Positions 5,290 through 9,424 of a stretch of DNA of 9,424 nt are shown here, piece after piece. The notes below the pieces were generated by a model that saw nothing but the letters and a program-made list of their open reading frames with translations, made no database searches and had not been told where the DNA came from. The translations under genes and the position numbers were made by a program. Position 1 is the stretch's first letter, and each line of letters opens with the position of its first letter. The DNA comes from Verrucomicrobia bacterium UBA3869 (lineage in GTDB: Bacteria > Verrucomicrobiota > Verrucomicrobiia > Opitutales > UBA9783): positions 1-9,424 of the forward strand of contig DGGR01000029.1 of NCBI GenBank assembly GCA_002392285.1. The letters are read 5' to 3'.

Positions 5290-6978
5290 TTAGGCTTTAA
5301 ACGCCGCACCTAGGCGTTTACCTAGCATGTAAGAGCTGCCGACAATAAGGATTGCTAAGAAGGTCATGGCCCATACACCTAACGCGCAGGATAAAAAGGT
5401 TCCAATGCCCAAAAAGTTTAACATTTCATAAATCGCTTTGGAGATAGGATAAAACACTTTCCTTTGCGCTAAAACCAAGGAATCGGATACAGCCAATAAG
5501 GTTTGTGAGAACACCAAGATAACGCCAGCTGTTAAATGAGCCGCAATTAAGGGCAGGGTTATCTTATGCAAAATTTTTATAAACGAACAACCGAACGTTT
5601 TCGCTACTTCTTCATACGCAACCGGTATTTGCTGTAACCCATTAACGCTCGTACGTACCATAAACGGCAATTTGCGAACCGCATAAGCAATAATCAACAG
5701 CCATGTTGGGTTTTTTGTTGGATTTAAGGCTGAAAACAACTGACCCTCTTGAGAAATGGCGAGCAAACCAAACGCAATGACCAAACTTGGGACCGCTAAG
5801 GGTAACATGGAGCATAAATCCAGAAAATTTCTGCCGGGTAATTTGGTACGTACAACGACAAATGCAATTCCCAATCCCAATATCATAGCGATGAGTGTAG
5901 CGCTGGATGCATAAATGATGCTGTTCTTAATAGCAGGAATTGCAACCGAATCCCCCAAAGCCGCCCAATAATTTTGGAGGGTAAATGCATTTGGCAATAA
6001 GGATTGATACCAATCTGTCGCGAAGGAGAACAGAATAACTACAAAATGAGGACTTAAGGCTACCAGCAGTATTCCTACGAAAACCGAAAAACAGGCAATA
6101 TTCCCTAGGAAACTGGGCTTTTTACATACGTGAACATGCGAAGCTTTGCTATTAGCCTGATAATCATTTTTTCTGAAAAACACCTGCATTAAGAAGTAAA
6201 ATATAAGCACTACCGTAAGCATGATAATGACTAAATCATAAGGTAGGGTGCTGCTACTAATTTCGTTTAATGCACGGTAAATATGTACTGAGGTAATACG
6301 GTTAAAGTTGAACATTAAGGGAATACCCAACTCAGTAAAGGACCAAATAAAGACCAAAGTGCATCCTGAGAATATTCCTGGGCGAATGAGTGGCAGGATA
6401 ATCGACCAAAACTTGCGCCAGGGCTTATTGCAAAAATTATTAGCAGCTTCGATTAACGTTGGATCTATATTAGCCAGTGCGGTAATAATGTTGAGGTAAA
6501 TAATAGGGAATGAAGTTAAGGCATTTAAAATGATAATGCTGGTCATCGGCGCAACACCCACCCAATCAATTGGGTTGGTAATCCATCCCAAACGCAGCAA
6601 CACCATATTAAGGATGCCGTAAGTCCCAAATAAATGCAAATACCCATTAGCAGCAATCAAAGAGGGCAAGATGATAGGAAATAAAATGACTTTAGTCAGG
6701 ATTGATTTACCCCAGAAATCATACTTGTAAGCTACAAAGGCTAAAACGAGCGAAATAACCAAGCTTAAAAAAGTAGCTCCAACTCCTATGAAAAAGGCGT
6801 TCAACACCCCGCGCATATATACGGGATTTCTGAAAATAATTTGGAAAAACTCTAATGTGAACCCATGGATGCTATCAGAAAAACCTCCCTTGATAACTAC
6901 GCTTAATGGTAATACAAAGAAAAAACCTAGAAATGCAAATGCGCTAATGTAAATGAGGGTTGCTAACCGCTTACTCAT
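5290..6978 (-). CDS. ABC transporter permease, fused two-domain type (FbpB/ThiP/AfuB-like; substrate unknown, iron(III) or thiamine class suggested)
   Basis: 562-aa protein with roughly 12 hydrophobic segments. It has two tandem halves, each carrying an EAA-type cytoplasmic loop: 'IEAANNFCNKPWRKFWSIILPLIRPG' and 'YEEVAKTFGCSFIKILHKITLPLIAAH'. No ATPase or binding-protein gene is present in the window. Confidence 0.85.
   Translation of the reverse strand: MSKRLATLIYISAFAFLGFFFVLPLSVVIKGGFSDSIHGFTLEFFQIIFRNPVYMRGVLNAFFIGVGATFLSLVISLVLAFVAYKYDFWGKSILTKVILFPIILPSLIAANGYLHLFGTYGILNMVLLRLGWITNPIDWVGVAPMTSIIILNALTSFPIIYLNIITALANIDPTLIEAANNFCNKPWRKFWSIILPLIRPGIFSGCTLVFIWSFTELGIPLMFNFNRITSVHIYRALNEISSSTLPYDLVIIMLTVVLIFYFLMQVFFRKNDYQANSKASHVHVCKKPSFLGNIACFSVFVGILLVALSPHFVVILFSFATDWYQSLLPNAFTLQNYWAALGDSVAIPAIKNSIIYASSATLIAMILGLGIAFVVVRTKLPGRNFLDLCSMLPLAVPSLVIAFGLLAISQEGQLFSALNPTKNPTWLLIIAYAVRKLPFMVRTSVNGLQQIPVAYEEVAKTFGCSFIKILHKITLPLIAAHLTAGVILVFSQTLLAVSDSLVLAQRKVFYPISKAIYEMLNFLGIGTFLSCALGVWAMTFLAILIVGSSYMLGKRLGAAFKA
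5298..5320. terminator. 8-bp hairpin (TAAACGCC-7 nt-GGCGTTTA) at the truA/permease convergence point
   Basis: The arms at 5298..5305 and 5313..5320 are perfect complements. The hairpin starts 24 nt after the truA stop, inside the last codons of the permease gene. There is no clear U-tract, so terminator function is uncertain. Confidence 0.2.
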
Positions 6979-6984
6979 ATTATC

Positions 6985-7065
6985 ACACTCATTAGATACG
7001 ATTTTTTATTAACAAACAACTGAAATAATAAATATTTTTTTAATAACCATCGTCCTAATGAGTGT
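6985..7065. repeat. 11-bp perfect inverted repeat (ACACTCATTAG / CTAATGAGTGT) flanking a 59-nt A/T-rich spacer
   Basis: The arms are 6985..6995 and 7055..7065, exact reverse complements checked base by base. The repeat lies in the 108-nt gap between the AsmA-like stop (7087) and the permease ATG (6978). The proximal arm ends 6 nt upstream of the ATG. Confidence 0.8.
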
Positions 7066-7086
7066 CTCTCTATCCTTATTCTATCT

Positions 7087-9424
7087 TTAAAACAACTTTA
7101 AAAGATTTTCTATCTTATTGATCGGATTGGAACTGTCCTTTGGGGTCGCTTTCCCCTTTTTGGATTTACTTGGTTGTAATTTTGTATGGTTTAACAGCTC
7201 TGTTAACCCTCCATAATTGGGTTTGCCGAGTGTCCCATCAATCATACAACGCGGTCCAATGCCATAACCCAATTCCGTACGATTATTGGCATCAAACGTA
7301 AAGTGATCGTTAAATGGACTTTGTTGCGGCGCGCTGAATTGAACTTTGCACAATAAGCTTTGTTGATTCATTGGACGAGAAAAATCCGTACTTACTTGAC
7401 CATCAACATCAATTGCCAAATCGGCATTGGTTACATTGCCTTGGAATACGATTGGCTTTGCTGCATCCCGTTGTAAATTCAATGCGAATTTAGAAAAATC
7501 TATTGTTTTCGCGTAACTAGACAAAAACTCAATAGCTCCTGTCCCTGGCACTGTTATATCGGTTGCAGATTGCAACAAGGAAGTAATACCAGATACCGCT
7601 TGAGTTCCGGTAGATACGGTTTTGCTCGGTATAAATCTTCCATTGGTAGCTTGAACAGATACATGAGCTGTCCCATTTTGTAAATGCTCCAGATCGCCTT
7701 TAACATCCGCATTAATCCCTGCCGTTCCACTCAATTGCCCATATAACGATAGGGGATATTGGAAATAAGCTGGTATATTCCACATTTTGCTTAATTGCAT
7801 ACGATCGGCTAACAGCGATCCTTCAACATGCTGTTGATTGAGATCATACAATGCGTGCCCTTGAACGTTACCATCACAACATTGCATACCAAAATTTTTA
7901 ACGGCAATCACCGTTGGAGTGATGTTAATACTGCTGAAGAAATTCTTAAGTTCTAAATCGGGAATGGACTTTAGCTGAACCTCTATATTACCTTGAATGG
8001 GCAAGGTAAATTTAGCTTTTGCTTCTGGAGTTTTCAAGGTACTCGCCGTTGATACAGCCGAAGTATTCGATACTGTACTGCCAACAGCCTTTGGTTGAGT
8101 CGTTTTAAGCGCATCTTGAATGGACTTCACTAACGCCATCCAATCGCTTGCCCATAGCTTATCGCTGGTAATTTTACCTGACAACTTATTCTGTTGGGTT
8201 AACGTTTGCTGAAAGTTTAAATCACTAATGTGATTTTCATGCTTTAAAACAATCGATCCATCCAATTGATGGCTTTGCTTTGAACCTTGGGTATAGTGGT
8301 TCTTGAATGATAAATCAAAGGGTACCGATGATAAGGATAAATGAGCTGATGCATCTGCAGATTTGTTCTTAGCTTCCCATTGCCATTTGCTCTGGAAATT
8401 ACCGAAAAATCCTGGGTATTTTAATGCAAAGGGTTGTACGCTTAGCGCATCTAGTTTGGCTTCCACAGATCCATGTGTGGTTCGGATTTGGTTATCATAC
8501 CCAGTAGCATCAGCATCCACTAATAACAGAGGCTCGTTTTGCTGAGGAGCATCAATCCGTAAATTTTTAACCCCAAAGTGCCATTTGTGTACCTGACGTC
8601 CACAATTCAATTGATCAATACGGATACCTTTCAAACGCAGCTGTTCCTGATTTTCAAGATATAGAGCGAAATTATCCACCTTTAGAGGTTGCGTTAATTC
8701 AAATTCGAATCCTCCTGGTGCTGATTTAATATGTCCTTGGGTTGACAATGTTCCTTTTGTTCCAATACCCTGGTACTGTACTAGATCCAAAGGACATTGA
8801 TTTACTTGAATTTGAACCAATGGGGTAGGAGAAGAATCAATCAACACCCCCTTAAGCAAGTTAAAATTTTTTAATGATTTACAAACTATCCAATAGTTTT
8901 GTTTAGAATTACCATAAAGTTCACAAACAAATTGCAAAATCCCATATTGCTCGGTTTTTAAAGTATATATAAAATTGTATGAGCATTTTAAATGTAGTTC
9001 TGGATTTAAAGAACATTTTAACGAGCTTAAATCCAAATAAGATTTAGCTAAATTCTGATTAAAATCTAGATCCCCAATACACGTATAGGATGGATTTTTT
9101 AACTGATCATGTCCTTCTCCTTTGACAGTATAATGTAAGAAAGGGGTATTCTCATTATTCCCCTGAACCGCCAAGTCAGCTTGATAATTTAATGAAGAGG
9201 AATCGTTTTTAATAGCACATTTGCCTTTAAAGCGAGCAAGCGTGTTGGTTAATAATTTTTGACGATTAATGTTGATTTGATCGCAATAGATAGCAATAGG
9301 TTTTGTGGTATCTATGACCCATTCTTGCTTTTTATCATCAAAAGATACTTGGATTGTTCCTTCGGTAATATGAGCGCCAATAAAATGACCCTGTGATTCA
9401 AGATAGGGATTAATAAAGCCAAAC
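7087..9424 (-). CDS. Large AsmA/TamB-like envelope protein, 5'-partial (gene start beyond the window end)
   Basis: The ORF track begins at TTG 9174. I translated 9175..9423 in the same frame by hand and found no stop ('FGFINPYLESQGHFIGAHITEGTIQVSFDDKKQEWVIDTTK...SSSLNYQAD'), so the gene continues past the window. Composition is Q/N/S/T/G-rich and looks beta-rich. The C-terminal 'IDGTLGKPNYGGLTELL' resembles the 'GTLxxPxx' motif near the end of AsmA-family proteins, and a Lys-rich tail follows. The family call is tentative. Confidence 0.5.
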   Translation of the reverse strand, partial: FGFINPYLESQGHFIGAHITEGTIQVSFDDKKQEWVIDTTKPIAIYCDQININRQKLLTNTLARFKGKCAIKNDSSSLNYQADLAVQGNNENTPFLHYTVKGEGHDQLKNPSYTCIGDLDFNQNLAKSYLDLSSLKCSLNPELHLKCSYNFIYTLKTEQYGILQFVCELYGNSKQNYWIVCKSLKNFNLLKGVLIDSSPTPLVQIQVNQCPLDLVQYQGIGTKGTLSTQGHIKSAPGGFEFELTQPLKVDNFALYLENQEQLRLKGIRIDQLNCGRQVHKWHFGVKNLRIDAPQQNEPLLLVDADATGYDNQIRTTHGSVEAKLDALSVQPFALKYPGFFGNFQSKWQWEAKNKSADASAHLSLSSVPFDLSFKNHYTQGSKQSHQLDGSIVLKHENHISDLNFQQTLTQQNKLSGKITSDKLWASDWMALVKSIQDALKTTQPKAVGSTVSNTSAVSTASTLKTPEAKAKFTLPIQGNIEVQLKSIPDLELKNFFSSINITPTVIAVKNFGMQCCDGNVQGHALYDLNQQHVEGSLLADRMQLSKMWNIPAYFQYPLSLYGQLSGTAGINADVKGDLEHLQNGTAHVSVQATNGRFIPSKTVSTGTQAVSGITSLLQSATDITVPGTGAIEFLSSYAKTIDFSKFALNLQRDAAKPIVFQGNVTNADLAIDVDGQVSTDFSRPMNQQSLLCKVQFSAPQQSPFNDHFTFDANNRTELGYGIGPRCMIDGTLGKPNYGGLTELLNHTKLQPSKSKKGKATPKDSSNPINKIENLLKLF

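Noticed and set aside
6308-6499. 63-aa plus-strand ORF inside the permease gene (and similarly 8363..8545 + inside the AsmA-like gene)
   Set aside because: They are antisense to long, well-supported CDSs, with no independent evidence.
6979-7086. TPP riboswitch or Fur box upstream of the FbpB/ThiP-like permease
   Set aside because: I could not find the conserved TPP-riboswitch core (CUGAGA / ACCUGAUCUGGAUAAUGCCAGCG-like). 'GTGATAATATGAGTAA' matches only the first half of the Fur consensus GATAATGATAATCATTATC.
1-9424. CRISPR arrays, IS elements with terminal repeats, or tandem repeats
   Set aside because: Reading both strands showed no regularly spaced direct repeats and no transposase-like ORFs.

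Overview
AT-rich bacterial chromosomal window (composition judged by eye, not computed). The gene content suggests a diderm organism. No homology search was possible, so all calls rest on motifs read from the ORF translations and the DNA. Layout: ftsK (+, 5'-partial) converges on a tightly packed minus-strand unit of an HK97-fold capsid-like ORF, tRNA-Lys(UUU), a dimeric-dUTPase/MazG-like gene and lgt. A ~300 bp divergent intergenic region separates the capsid-like ORF from truA (+). truA converges on a minus-strand pair: a large AsmA/TamB-like protein, whose 5' end lies beyond the window end, followed by a fused two-domain ABC permease. Most of the window is ordinary housekeeping. The stand-out is the 313-aa ORF at 3277..4218. 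It reads like a phage or encapsulin HK97-fold shell protein, yet it sits alone among core genes with no portal, terminase, protease, tail or integrase in the window. It is separated by a tRNA from a phage-typical all-alpha dUTPase-like gene that is spliced into the lgt operon. Secondary points are a long leader upstream of the capsid-like ORF (decoy AAGGAGG, hairpin, 15-bp palindrome over a -35 box) and an 11-bp perfect inverted repeat over the permease start region. Canonical Shine-Dalgarno sequences are also absent from the five complete CDS starts. No CRISPR array, IS element or integrase was seen.
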